From: a virus
Lineage: Duplodnaviria > Caudoviricetes
Virus record (IMG/VR): IMGVR_UViG_3300014205_000023
Span: 1,481 to 65,480 of that record
Length of the DNA: 64,000 nt
Direction: 5' to 3' (one strand)
Shown: positions 35,423 through 44,922 of the stretch, in pieces
Layout of the letters: every line of letters begins with the position of its first letter
Numbering within the stretch: the first letter of the stretch is position 1
Made by a program: the position numbers and the translations under genes
Notes under the pieces: generated by a model
The model's database searches: none
Seen by the model: only the letters and a program-made list of their open reading frames with translations
What the model was told of the DNA's origin: nothing

Positions 35423-38170
35423 GCTACGAATGCGCAATCGGGACTGGAATCCAAGGGCTACCAGCGCGCTCCGGTGGTCTGCGGTGCGACGGTTGCGGCA
35501 TTCTCCGCAGCGTCACCAACCGCCACGGCCAGCCTTACTCGTGGCTACTCGACAACCGAGCGGCGCCGCGATGGCACATGAGGCGCGAAGGCGTGAAGCG
35601 GCTCGACCTGTGCCCGGAATGCTGGGCGCTGGCCAAGGCAGCGACGGACGGGCAGGTGTCCCCATGACCGCCCCGCCGCGCCCAACGCCGGCCGAGCTTG
35701 CGCGGCACTGTTGCGGGCTGGGGCATCGGCTCGTTGCGTCAGAGCACTGGCTTGCTGATTTCGTGTGCGTGGACTGCGGAGCGCGCGCCCACTTCTCACA
35801 CGACGCGGGCGGGCTCCGCTGGCAATGGGACGTGCTGCCCTGGACGTCCCAGAAGCCGCCCTGCACCGGCGCGGCACGGGGCGACGAGAGGAGGGACGAG
35901 GGATGACGGACACAATCAAGCCCAGGGTGCGCGACGGCGTTCCGCACTGCTCAGAGACCGACTGCCCGCAGTACGACGGCAAGAGGTGCGCCGTGATCGG
36001 CTGTAGACCGTTCGCCATCTGCGAGCCGTACGTCGAGCGCATGGCGAAGGAACTGGCTAGCGTTGTGGCCGAGCGAGACCGGCTTCGGGAGGCGCTGGCG
36101 GAGCTGGTGAACTGCGTCGAGGTACTGATTACCACCGACTATGGGACGATCGCGGCCGGGGACGCCGAGGTGGCCATGTACTCAGCTGCCAACGACGCCC
36201 GCGCCGCATTGGAGGAGACGAAGCGATGAGCACGACGGACGACACGCGCACGGCCACGCTCGTGGCGCCTGACACAATAGCGGCCCTCACCGCCGCCCTC
36301 GCCCGCGCCGAGCAGGCCGAGCGCGAGCGGGACCGGCTGCGGGCGGTGATTCTCCGCGCTGGCCTGTGGCAAACGGCGCCGTGCTGCCTGTGCGGCTACA
36401 ACGGGCCAGGATACTACCAGCCGGGAACGCACGACTGCGCCCGCGCCGCATTGGAGGACGTGAAGCGATGAGAGAACCGATTCGAGCGTGGGCGCTGGTG
36501 TGGTCCGACCTGGGCCTTGCCCGCGTCACCACGAGTAAGGAAGACGCGGACAGCGCCGAAGCTGGGCACCCCGGCATGAGGGCCGTCGAGCTTGCCGAAG
36601 CCGCCCCGCTGCGCGCCGAGGTCGAACGGCTCCGCATGGATGCCGGTCGGCAACTGGCCCGCTGCGCCGTGTTCATGCAGGCGATGTCCTGGCTCGCCCG
36701 CAATGGCTATCAGGAGCGCGCCAAGAAGTTCGTCGAGCGAGCCGACGCGGCGGCGGCAGACGTGCGCCCGGAGGATTTCGTGGTGGCGAAGCCGTGCGGC
36801 GCTGACGCAGAGGAGACAAAGCGATGAGTGACGTAGATGATCTACGATCCAAGGTAGTTCTGAGGGCTCCGGGATGGTGCGCGGCGCAGCGTAAACTGGA
36901 GTCGATGGGGGAGTCGGTCGAACGTCGGCCGCTGCTCGCTGTCGCCCCCGCTACCACCGCCCTCGCCAGAGCAGAAACGTTGCAGGTGATCGTTGACGAG
37001 GTAAACGCGAGCCGCGAACAGCTTCTCGACCGCGCCGAGCAGGCCGAGCGGGAGTGTGATCGGCTCGCCGAAATTGTCGCCCAACGCAACGATGAAATCG
37101 CTGCTGTCGGAGAGCGCCTTGACGACGCACTCGAACGCGCCGAGCAGGCCGAGCGTGAGCGGGACGAGGCGGCGCGGCTGTGCGTGGAGATGCAGGAACG
37201 CGAGCGCGCTCGTCTGTTCGAGACGTGCCCTGACGATTGCGGCCAGCCCAAGGCCGACGCCGACTGTATCAGGTGTCTAAATCTGTACCCAGAAGAGCAC
37301 GCCACAATCGAGCGCTGGCGAAAGGAGTTGGACCGATGAGCTACTCAAGATGGGGCGCGCCTGGGCGCTACAGGGTAGGCGGGCGATGGTACGACGGCAC
37401 CGGAGACTGGTACGTTTACGCTGATGTGTGCGGCAAACTGGCCGTGCTGGGCCCGAGCGAACACTACTTCACGGACGACGAAGTCCGCACCATGCACGAC
37501 CGGCGCGACCTGTCCGCGGTCACTGGCGCCATGAGCAAGCACAGGGCAGAGTTGCTCTGGTACTTCGGCGAGTACTTGGACGACTGCGCGAGATTGGACA
37601 GCGAGGAAACAGAACGGAAGGACACGAGCCGATGACCACCCCAACGAAACCCCTCACCCCCGCCGACTGGTGGGCGGCGCTGCCCATCGCGCAGCAGGTC
37701 GCGCTACTCGAAGCCGCGCCGCTGATCGCGGGTCCGTGGCGCAAGGTCGGCACGACGTGGGGCCGGGCTGAGCGCGGGCCGTACGACCGCTGGGCGGCGC
37801 TGGTGTGGCGAGAGGGCGGCATGTGGGTAAGGCGCGTCGAGGGCGACATCAGCGGCGCGCGCCGAACCGTGGCCGCAGCCAAGCGCATCGCCGATGCCGA
37901 GCTGCGCGCGGCGGGGTGGAGGCTGATGTGAGCGCCGAAGGATGGCGCTGCTGCGCGACGTGCTCCAACCTGCGCCGCCCGGGGCCTCGCCGACGTGCTG
38001 CGTCGTGCTGGCATCTCGGACTCTACCTGTTCCCCATGTCGCCGTGGCGCTCCGACTACGGCCACGCCGGGAGCAGATGCACCAACTGGCTACCCCGCCT
38101 CGTCACGCCCCGCCCCGAGCTCGTGGGCTACGCGGTGCGGGTGGGGGCGGACGTGCTGGCCAAGCGCTGA
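35419..38170 (+). CDS. Chain of nine small translationally coupled hypothetical genes (35419-35667, 35664-35906, 35903-36229, 36226-36471, 36468-36827, 36824-37339, 37336-37635, 37632-37931, 37928-38170)
   Basis: Each start overlaps the previous stop by 4 nt (ATGA/GTGA); purine-rich RBSs; several CxxC and coiled-coil motifs. Confidence 0.75.
36196..37155 (+). repeat. Coding-embedded repeats
   Basis: CGCCCGCGCCGCATTGGAGGA-N3-GAAGCGATGAG at 36196 and 36438 (partial at 36810); exact CGCGCCGAGCAGGCCGAGCG at 36304, 37031, 37136. Confidence 0.9.
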
Positions 38171-38190
38171 CCCCGCCCGCAACGACGAAA

Positions 38191-38218
38191 GCCCGACCCG
38201 CCGCGAGGCAGGCCGGGC
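38191..38218. terminator. Hairpin at the convergence of the two transcription arms
   Basis: GCCCGACCCGCC-GCGA-GGCAGGCCGGGC with two mismatches; weak A/T flanks. Confidence 0.55.
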
Positions 38219-38233
38219 CGTCATTTACCTAGA

Positions 38234-38320
38234 TGTCACGCGGGGTTGCGTGACACCGCACGGAAGCATAAAAGGTTTTACCTTCTTATCTTGGGCAAGA
38301 TAACTTTCCTGTGCAAGATA
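38234..38320. repeat. AT-rich palindrome cluster
   Basis: TGTCACGC-N6-GCGTGACA (38234-55), TTATCTTG-GG-CAAGATAA (38286-303), extra GCAAGATA (38313-20). Confidence 0.75.
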
Positions 38321-38366
38321 GCTGGGAAAGGGACCGAGACTAGCCGAACCGTCGGCACCTGCGCGG

Positions 38367-38882
38367 CTATGCCGACACTACGCGGCCCATGCCGCGGCAC
38401 GACGAGCTACAGTGCCGCTCAGCTGCTCTCACAGCGGCCTTGAGCCGTGCCGGGCGTCCAGGCCAGGACCGGGTGGCATAGAGCGCCCCAAGGGCAACCT
38501 GAGCCCCTGCGCCGATGGCTCCGTACCCGTCTGGCCAGACCGTGGCGTTAAGCTGGTCGTCCAGGTAGAGCAGCACTCCGCCGACGCCGAGCAGCACCTC
38601 CAGGGTTGCGCTTCGCTCGTCGCAGTCCCGCAGCCGCTGCCGCACTACCGGGGCGAGCTGGTCCACCACCCACGCGCGCGGGTCCGAGCCGTCCCAGCGG
38701 GGCAGTGCCCACCTGACCGCCACGTCACAGGCACGACCGTCTCCCGCGACCCCGTACACGTACCCGCCGACCTTGCGCACCTTGGGCTTGGCCGATAGCT
38801 GCAGCTCGTCGCCGACCGATACGGCCGTGTCGCTGAGCAGCCAGCACTTGCCGCGGTGGGAGATACCGGCAACGATGGTCAA
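38367..38882 (-). CDS. Proteasome-beta/HslV-like Ntn threonine protease
   Basis: TTG start overlapping the upstream TGA; after Met removal T1, D17 and K33 fall at the canonical positions; GVAG and GAIGAG motifs. Confidence 0.8.
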   Translation of the reverse strand: MTIVAGISHRGKCWLLSDTAVSVGDELQLSAKPKVRKVGGYVYGVAGDGRACDVAVRWALPRWDGSDPRAWVVDQLAPVVRQRLRDCDERSATLEVLLGVGGVLLYLDDQLNATVWPDGYGAIGAGAQVALGALYATRSWPGRPARLKAAVRAAERHCSSSCRGMGRVVSA

Positions 38883-40294
38883 GACGTGGCCCTCGGCTCT
38901 ATCGTCGTCTCGTAGTAGCCCTTGCGTCCCTGCTCTCGGTGGTAGAAGTCGACGCGAATCACCCTGTTCGCGTGGTATCCCATCCCGTGCGCCCATGCGT
39001 CGGTCGGTGCCAGGGTGCCCAGGGCCTCCACGTACACGCCCTTGATCTCGTGCACCTTCTGGTGATGAATGTGACCCGTCAGCCAGCGCCTGTGCTTCGT
39101 TGCGCCCCAATCCTCGCTGCGCTTCTGCGCCATCAGCAGCGGCAGTTCTTCCAGCTTGGGGCCGTCTCCGTGCGTGAAGCCGAACAGGTTGGCGCCGAAC
39201 CGCAACCACCGGAACACGTCCGCGCTCTTGTCCACTGTCACGCGCGGGTCGTTGCGAAAGAATGCCTCGACGCCCAGGCCCAGGAACATCGCCGCTAGAG
39301 GATCATGATTCCCGGGGCATAGGACGACGTGCACGCGCTTGTGCCGGCGCAGGCAGGTATGCACAACGGCGCACGTGGTATTCAGCGCAACACGGGCAAC
39401 CTTCTGCAGTCGCGTGTCCGTGTCCAGTTGGTTGCCTGCCCGAGCGGTGCGCGCATTGTTGCTGTCGCAATGCACGAGGTCGCCAAGAATCGGCACCACG
39501 GCCAGGTCTGCCGGTACCGAGTTGTCGACCAGTTCTGCGATGGCCTCGACGTGTAGCCGCTCTGCAATGTCCGTGTCGTAGTCGGTGCCCGTCTCGTTCG
39601 CCCAGGCGTACATTCCAAAATGGGCGTCAACGATTGGATACATTGCGAGCCGGTCCGCGTCCGCCGTGAGCGGGTGCGGCTGCGGCTTGTGCGACAAGAA
39701 CCACGCATCCGGCAGGCCCTTGATGGCCTCGTGCATCCACGGAAGCAGGTCGTGGTCCGCGTCTCGCGCCGTCTTGACCCACTGCTGAACCGGCCGCCCG
39801 TCCTTGCCCAGCAGCGTCGAGACGCCGCGCAGGTGGTACAGGTCGGGGGCGCCCAGCGCATGGCAGGCCGGGTCTTTCGTGGGGTCGCCTGTTGCGCCCA
39901 CGGGCCCCGCGCTCGGCACGGTGTCGCGCGTGTTCACTTTCGGCGCTTGTTCACGACACATGAACGAATCTGGATCATGAACAGGTCGCATTCCCGGGAA
40001 GGCAACGAACGGCCCGGCCTGCTCGGTTACGCGCTCAACATGCCCGCCCGGTATCCACGGGAACGGGTTGGGCGGCGTTGGCCGCTCAGTCTCGACTGGC
40101 GCTGGCCCGTGGTAGCGCAGCACGATCGGGTCGGCCATCTCCTGGGCGCGCCGGCTGCCGAGCATATGATTGATGGCCCTGGGCGTGACCCCGTACGCCC
40201 GCGCGATATCGGCCTTGGTCTCGCGCGCGGCGAGTCGTCGCAGCACGTCGCCGATCTGCTCGTCGCTCCAAGCTGTGCCTGGTACCTTGCCCAT
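38879..40294 (-). CDS. Calcineurin-like metallophosphoesterase with N-terminal HTH
   Basis: DAHFG, GDLVH, GNHD, THGD, GHIHH; N-terminal KADIARAYGVTPRAINH. Confidence 0.85.
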   Translation of the reverse strand: MGKVPGTAWSDEQIGDVLRRLAARETKADIARAYGVTPRAINHMLGSRRAQEMADPIVLRYHGPAPVETERPTPPNPFPWIPGGHVERVTEQAGPFVAFPGMRPVHDPDSFMCREQAPKVNTRDTVPSAGPVGATGDPTKDPACHALGAPDLYHLRGVSTLLGKDGRPVQQWVKTARDADHDLLPWMHEAIKGLPDAWFLSHKPQPHPLTADADRLAMYPIVDAHFGMYAWANETGTDYDTDIAERLHVEAIAELVDNSVPADLAVVPILGDLVHCDSNNARTARAGNQLDTDTRLQKVARVALNTTCAVVHTCLRRHKRVHVVLCPGNHDPLAAMFLGLGVEAFFRNDPRVTVDKSADVFRWLRFGANLFGFTHGDGPKLEELPLLMAQKRSEDWGATKHRRWLTGHIHHQKVHEIKGVYVEALGTLAPTDAWAHGMGYHANRVIRVDFYHREQGRKGYYETTIEPRATS

Positions 40295-41016
40295 TATTCC
40301 GCCTCCAATCGCGACACTTCGAAATGCATGCCATCTGGCACATCCCAGTACCCGCCCCACGCGAACCCGTGCCGCTCGGCGAGGGGCACCAGTTCACGCA
40401 CAGACCCGCGCGAGCCAATGCCGGCCGGTGCATGGCCGCGCGGATTCCACCCCGCATTGATGTCGAACGCGGTGGCCCAGGCGTGGCTGCTCAGGTTGGT
40501 CCGCGAGCCACGCACGAACCGAGGGCACCACGAGCCGGCCCAGGTCTTGACGAGCGGCAACAGCCCGGCCGCTTCCCACGCGAGCCACAGGTCGAGCAGC
40601 TGCGACGTGGCCCGCTTGTGCCATTGGATGCGGCACGAATCAGGGGCGCCCACGATGCCGCGCAACTGCTGCAGGTGCACGCTCACGACGTTGTTGCGCG
40701 CCCACGAGTCGGTGATGGTGATCGCTTCCGGGTCGGTCGCAGTCGGCGCGGCTCTGAACTGGAAGTAGCCGAACGCCGCGACCTTCTCGCCCTTGCTCAG
40801 CGCGCGCAGGTGCTCGGACGGCTCGGCCTTGGCTGCCTCGCACGCCCATTCCAGGTCGCCAACGCGGCCGGTCATCGCGAGCCCGTGCGCGCCTTGCCAG
40901 ATGCGCGTTGCCCGTTCCGTGAGCGGTCCGAACAGGCCATCCGCGGTTGAGCCGATGATGCGCTGCCAGGCCATGACGTCAATGCCGGTCGAGCCAGGAG
41001 CGAGCGGGTTAGACAT
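40294..41016 (-). CDS. Endolysin: peptidoglycan-binding domain plus M15 peptidase
   Basis: DVMAWQ..ADGLFGPLTERATRIWQ..GRVG; SSHAWATAFDIN, WGGYW..DGMHFE. Confidence 0.92.
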   Translation of the reverse strand: MSNPLAPGSTGIDVMAWQRIIGSTADGLFGPLTERATRIWQGAHGLAMTGRVGDLEWACEAAKAEPSEHLRALSKGEKVAAFGYFQFRAAPTATDPEAITITDSWARNNVVSVHLQQLRGIVGAPDSCRIQWHKRATSQLLDLWLAWEAAGLLPLVKTWAGSWCPRFVRGSRTNLSSHAWATAFDINAGWNPRGHAPAGIGSRGSVRELVPLAERHGFAWGGYWDVPDGMHFEVSRLEAE

Positions 41017-41740
41017 GGGGCACCCCCGGTATGCGCCGGTCTGGAATGCCCAGCACGGCGAGGGCCGGTGCCCAGCCCACCGCGTTGCCCGACGGCGTGT
41101 GGGGGCGCCAGAAGCGGGCAAGGCTGCTGTAGTCGACGTGGTCCAGGTTGTGCGCGCAGCTCAGCGGTTGGATCAGCTTACCGTCCTTGTGCTTGGCGCT
41201 GGGCATCGCGCGCCACCCGTAGATCCATACCTGGTGCGTCTTGTCGTCGTGCGGCCACGGCTCCCACTGGTACTTGCTCAAAACCCAGGGTTTGCCCGTT
41301 GGGTAAAGCAGTGGGCTTCGGTCAAGCGGCTTGACGTGGCGCGACTGCATCGCGGCCATGACCGCGGATTCAATCATCGCGCTGTGCTCGCGCTCGCCAC
41401 AATCGAAGCAGAGCGGCCACGGGTCGTGCGTCACCTCCCGGCACCGGACGCAGGCGTGCGACTTCGGCGCTGGGTCAAGCGGCGCCTGCGACTGGGGTTG
41501 GATGCGCACCTCGGCGAAGCGAGCAATCCGGTCGTCAATCTCGGGCGTCAGCAGTGCGCAGTCGAGCAGGTCAGCCACGTGCTGCGTTGTGCGCGCCGAC
41601 ATGGCCCGTCGAATCCCGCCCACGCTCAGCGCGTCACAGGTCACCTCGATAGTGACCTCGGGAGACAGGTCAAGGCGAGCCCACTCCAGCGGCTCGTGCT
41701 GGCCAGCACGGACCGCGGCGAGAATGTCGGCCTCACGCAT
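41009..41740 (-). CDS. Lysis-region hypothetical protein with inserted Zn finger
   Basis: QHVADLLDCALLTPEIDD...IYGW...IQPL..H..DHVDYS; insert CVRC..CFDC. Confidence 0.7.
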   Translation of the reverse strand: MREADILAAVRAGQHEPLEWARLDLSPEVTIEVTCDALSVGGIRRAMSARTTQHVADLLDCALLTPEIDDRIARFAEVRIQPQSQAPLDPAPKSHACVRCREVTHDPWPLCFDCGEREHSAMIESAVMAAMQSRHVKPLDRSPLLYPTGKPWVLSKYQWEPWPHDDKTHQVWIYGWRAMPSAKHKDGKLIQPLSCAHNLDHVDYSSLARFWRPHTPSGNAVGWAPALAVLGIPDRRIPGVPHV

Positions 41741-41978
41741 CGCTCCCCCGGTCGTTGAAGTCCAGCACCTCGCATGCGTCGCGAATCAGCACGTCACAGG
41801 CCAGGCTCCACTGCGCCTCCGTGAGCACCCCACGCGGGTCAAGATCGTGCTCAGCCGCGGCAGCTCGGAACATGGCGCGCGTCGTCAGTCCCATATGCTG
41901 CCTGAAGATGTCGTAGGCCCGTAGCCGAATGGTCCGGCCAACTCCGAGCGTCTTGGCCCGTTTCCTCGGTGCGCTCAT
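41733..41978 (-). CDS. Hypothetical protein
   Basis: Coupled to both neighbours. Confidence 0.55.
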   Translation of the reverse strand: MSAPRKRAKTLGVGRTIRLRAYDIFRQHMGLTTRAMFRAAAAEHDLDPRGVLTEAQWSLACDVLIRDACEVLDFNDRGSDA

Positions 41979-42310
41979 TGGCCGCGCTCCGTTGGTTCAG
42001 CGTCCGGCACGTCCAGCACGCGCGTGCCGTTCTCCAGTTCGTCGCTGCTCGGCGGCGGGGCCGGTGCGGTATCGGCCGCAGCGATCAGGTCGGCCCGCAC
42101 GATCTCGCACGCGGCGTAGATCGATGCGTCCAACACCTCCTCGTTGCGCTCGCGCAGGTAGTCTCGAGCGTCGCGGAGCAGGTCGAGCAGACCATAGCGG
42201 CGCTGGCCCATTTCGAGCCGCTTGGCAAGCTCGGCGATGACCCGCAGCTCATCGGTACCGAGTTGAGCCAGCACTACCAGACAATTCGCGTGCGCCTGAC
42301 TTCGCGTCAT
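41975..42310 (-). CDS. Possible all-alpha (MazG-like) NTP pyrophosphatase
   Basis: GQRRYG..L..DYLRE.NEEVLDASIY acidic helix motif. Confidence 0.45.
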   Translation of the reverse strand: MTRSQAHANCLVVLAQLGTDELRVIAELAKRLEMGQRRYGLLDLLRDARDYLRERNEEVLDASIYAACEIVRADLIAAADTAPAPPPSSDELENGTRVLDVPDAEPTERGQ

Positions 42311-42463
42311 ACTACCTACCTACTCCCTTCGCGCGCACCGCCAGACGGAACGCGCACTACACACGCAAAAACGCGCAGCAGTGCACCCGACAGAGCCGAG
42401 CGCACAGTGCGCGTTACGTTGGCGCGAGCCGGTACAGGCCGGCCAGCGCTGATTGGTGCTGTG

Positions 42464-42910
42464 CTACCCGCAGCCGTGCAGCACAGAAGCGATCGCAGTG
42501 CCGGCCGCGCCAGTCACGAGCGCGACCAGGGCAGCGACGCCCCAGCGCACCCAATGGCGGCCACGCTCTTTGCGCTCGTTCAACTGAGCGCGCAGGTCAT
42601 CAACGCGAAACTGCCCGGTGGTTTCTGCGAGCCCGTTGGCTCTTCCCTCAAGCTTCTCGGCGCGACCCTCCAGGAGCGTGAGCCTGGCGTTGGCCGTCAT
42701 CAGTACGCCCTTCATCTCGGCCATGGCACCCGCCGACTCGTCAACCTTCTTGTTGACGTCCCAGATGATCGCTAGGTGCTTCTCGCGCGCGTCTCGTTCG
42801 CGCACGTTCTCGTCTATCAGTTCCCGAACGAGGCGCTGATTGGTGTCGATGAATTCGCGCCAGTAGTGGCCAGTCGGCGGGGTGCTGGGTGCGGCTGGAA
42901 GAGGCGTCAT
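42464..42910 (-). CDS. Coiled-coil plus C-terminal TM protein (holin/XhlA-like)
   Basis: Heptads followed by WGVAALVALVTGAAGTAIASVL. Confidence 0.6.
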   Translation of the reverse strand: MTPLPAAPSTPPTGHYWREFIDTNQRLVRELIDENVRERDAREKHLAIIWDVNKKVDESAGAMAEMKGVLMTANARLTLLEGRAEKLEGRANGLAETTGQFRVDDLRAQLNERKERGRHWVRWGVAALVALVTGAAGTAIASVLHGCG

Positions 42911-43095
42911 GGCTGGCAATCCCTGGCAGCATCGGGCACCACGTGGCAGCCAGCGGCAGTCATGCGCTCTGGCCAGGTTGGCTCAGCCAACCACCGCACC
43001 GTTGCAAGCTCGTCAGCGCTGGACTGGTCAGCCCTGGCGCACCAGAGCAGGTCGGCGCGCTGGTCGGGTAGGGGCGTGGCGTATCGGTAGACCAT
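42907..43095 (-). CDS. Hypothetical protein
   Basis: 62 aa; coupled to the next gene. Confidence 0.45.
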   Translation of the reverse strand: MVYRYATPLPDQRADLLWCARADQSSADELATVRWLAEPTWPERMTAAGCHVVPDAARDCQP

Positions 43096-43098
43096 GGC

Positions 43099-43371
43099 CT
43101 ATTCCCTCGTGTAGACGCTGGCCGCGTCGGCGCCGAACCGTGCGCGCAGGGCGTCCTGGATCTTGCTGGCCGCTCGGTTGCGCACCGGGGCTCGCTCAGC
43201 AACGCGCTGGAGCTCAGCCACCGGGTCAACCCCGCCGTCGATCAACTCGGCCGCAACCGCACCGATCGCGCCAAGGATGCCTAGCGCTGCCCCGGCGTCA
43301 CCTGGCAGGCCACGACTCGCCGCGGACAGGCCAGAACCGACCGTCCGCACTACGCTTCCTAGAGCACTCAT
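43099..43371 (-). CDS. Hypothetical amphipathic protein
   Basis: ATGA-coupled to the lipoprotein gene. Confidence 0.55.
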   Translation of the reverse strand: MSALGSVVRTVGSGLSAASRGLPGDAGAALGILGAIGAVAAELIDGGVDPVAELQRVAERAPVRNRAASKIQDALRARFGADAASVYTRE

Positions 43372-43808
43372 TGGCACCCCCACTCGACACCGGCCGTCAC
43401 GTCCACGTCAGTCCCGCCAAGCACGGTCTGGAGCGCACACCATGCGGCTCGCAGCGTGCCAAGGTCGAGCGGTCGGCCCGTCTCCAGGTCGGTCGCTGCG
43501 GCGTTCTGCGCCGTGGCCACAGCGTCCAGCGCGAGCCAGATCGCATCCCACTTGCGGTGGCACGCCATGAGCCGCAGCTGAGCGTCGGGCAGGTCGTCCG
43601 CAGCCGTGATGGCCGCCAACGCCTCGCGCTGCTCTGCCTCGGCTACGAGCGGGATAGCGGCGTTCGCGGCCAGTGCAACGGCGTTGACGGCCGCGCGCTG
43701 TCCGGCCAGTGCAGACGCGCCGCAGCCAGAACAGAAGACCACCATCCAGATCGCGAGCAACGCGCACGACGCCGCAACGAACCGACCAGGCCAAGGGCTG
43801 AGCATCAT
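43368..43808 (-). CDS. Lipoprotein (spanin-like candidate)
   Basis: Hydrophobic leader with lipobox-like CSGC; within the lysis cluster. Confidence 0.6.
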   Translation of the reverse strand: MMLSPWPGRFVAASCALLAIWMVVFCSGCGASALAGQRAAVNAVALAANAAIPLVAEAEQREALAAITAADDLPDAQLRLMACHRKWDAIWLALDAVATAQNAAATDLETGRPLDLGTLRAAWCALQTVLGGTDVDVTAGVEWGCQ

Positions 43809-43895
43809 CGTCTGTCTCCGGGCAGTATCGCCACGAGCATTAGGATCAGGCCGAACACGAGCGCCACAGCGGCGCCAGCGGCCAGGCCGTGCAAC

Positions 43896-44165
43896 TCAGG
43901 CACCGGGCTTGTCCTGGCCGTTCTGCGCAGTGCCGGCCGGGGTCGTGGGGGCAAAGAGCGCCTTGAACACGCCAGGCACGCGCGCGGCCGTGAGAAAGCA
44001 GATGCGGTCAATCGTGCCCCAGAACGCCTTGCGCCAGCCGGTGAGCGAAACCGGGTCGGGCCTGGGCGCGGCGTTCGCGATGACGTACGCCACGACCGAG
44101 ACCACGAGCAGGATTGAGTCGAGGTGGGCAATGCAGAACTGGTAGGCGGCGATGAGGGTGGGCAT
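43896..44165 (-). CDS. Holin-like membrane protein
   Basis: HLDSILLVVSVVAYVIANAA TM helix, charged C-terminal tail. Confidence 0.6.
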   Translation of the reverse strand: MPTLIAAYQFCIAHLDSILLVVSVVAYVIANAAPRPDPVSLTGWRKAFWGTIDRICFLTAARVPGVFKALFAPTTPAGTAQNGQDKPGA

Positions 44166-44193
44166 GGGAAGGGTCTCATGGGTGCGGGGCGGG

Positions 44194-44922
44194 TCAGGCG
44201 TAGCGTGCGAGGTAGCCGTGGAGATTGGCCAGCTCCGCCGCATCTAGCAGTGACGGGCGCCACCCCCAGTCGTAGATTTTCCCGTTGAAGCCGATCGAGT
44301 TGTTGAAGGCCGCCCCGATGGCAGCGTCCCCTCCCACCGGATACCCGTGGTAGTTGCCCTGTCCCAGGCTCCCACCGTTGCGGTAAAGCGTCGCCTTGCT
44401 CGTGCCGTTGTCGAGCTGCCACACCATGCGCTGGCGACCCGACGCAGCGGCAGCGATCCCGACGTAGGCGTTGGTGTTGTCAAAGTGGCCGCTCTTGTTC
44501 CCGGCGTTGACGAGGTGACACAGGAAGAACCGGCCCGTCTGCACGTCGAACAGGCACTCTGTGGTGCCTGCCGCGTTGGTGGCATCGTAGGCACACCAGA
44601 CGGTGTGCGACACGGCCGCGCTTACAAGCTGCCCGGCCGCAAACGGCATGAACTGCGCGCCGGCATAGACGATGGCTGGCCATGCCCCGGTGTCGTCGAT
44701 GCCTGGGCGGGTCGGGGCGTTGCTGTTCACTGCCTGGATGATTCCGCCCACCTTGTCGGTGAGCGCCGACAGCTTCAGCACTCCGCCGCCAATGTCGACC
44801 GTCGTTCGGTCAGCCACGTCGGGGCGCATCCACACCGCGCTCGCTCCGAGTTGCTTCGGGGTCCACAGCGATCGGCCGTACGACCCGCACGCGCTCACCC
44901 CAACTCCAACCCAGGTACCCAT
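44194..44922 (-). CDS. LamG/concanavalin-like tail-tip protein
   Basis: LWTPKQLGASAVWMRPD, LTDKVG, FNGKIYDW...ELANLHGYLARY. Confidence 0.7.
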   Translation of the reverse strand: MGTWVGVGVSACGSYGRSLWTPKQLGASAVWMRPDVADRTTVDIGGGVLKLSALTDKVGGIIQAVNSNAPTRPGIDDTGAWPAIVYAGAQFMPFAAGQLVSAAVSHTVWCAYDATNAAGTTECLFDVQTGRFFLCHLVNAGNKSGHFDNTNAYVGIAAAASGRQRMVWQLDNGTSKATLYRNGGSLGQGNYHGYPVGGDAAIGAAFNNSIGFNGKIYDWGWRPSLLDAAELANLHGYLARYA

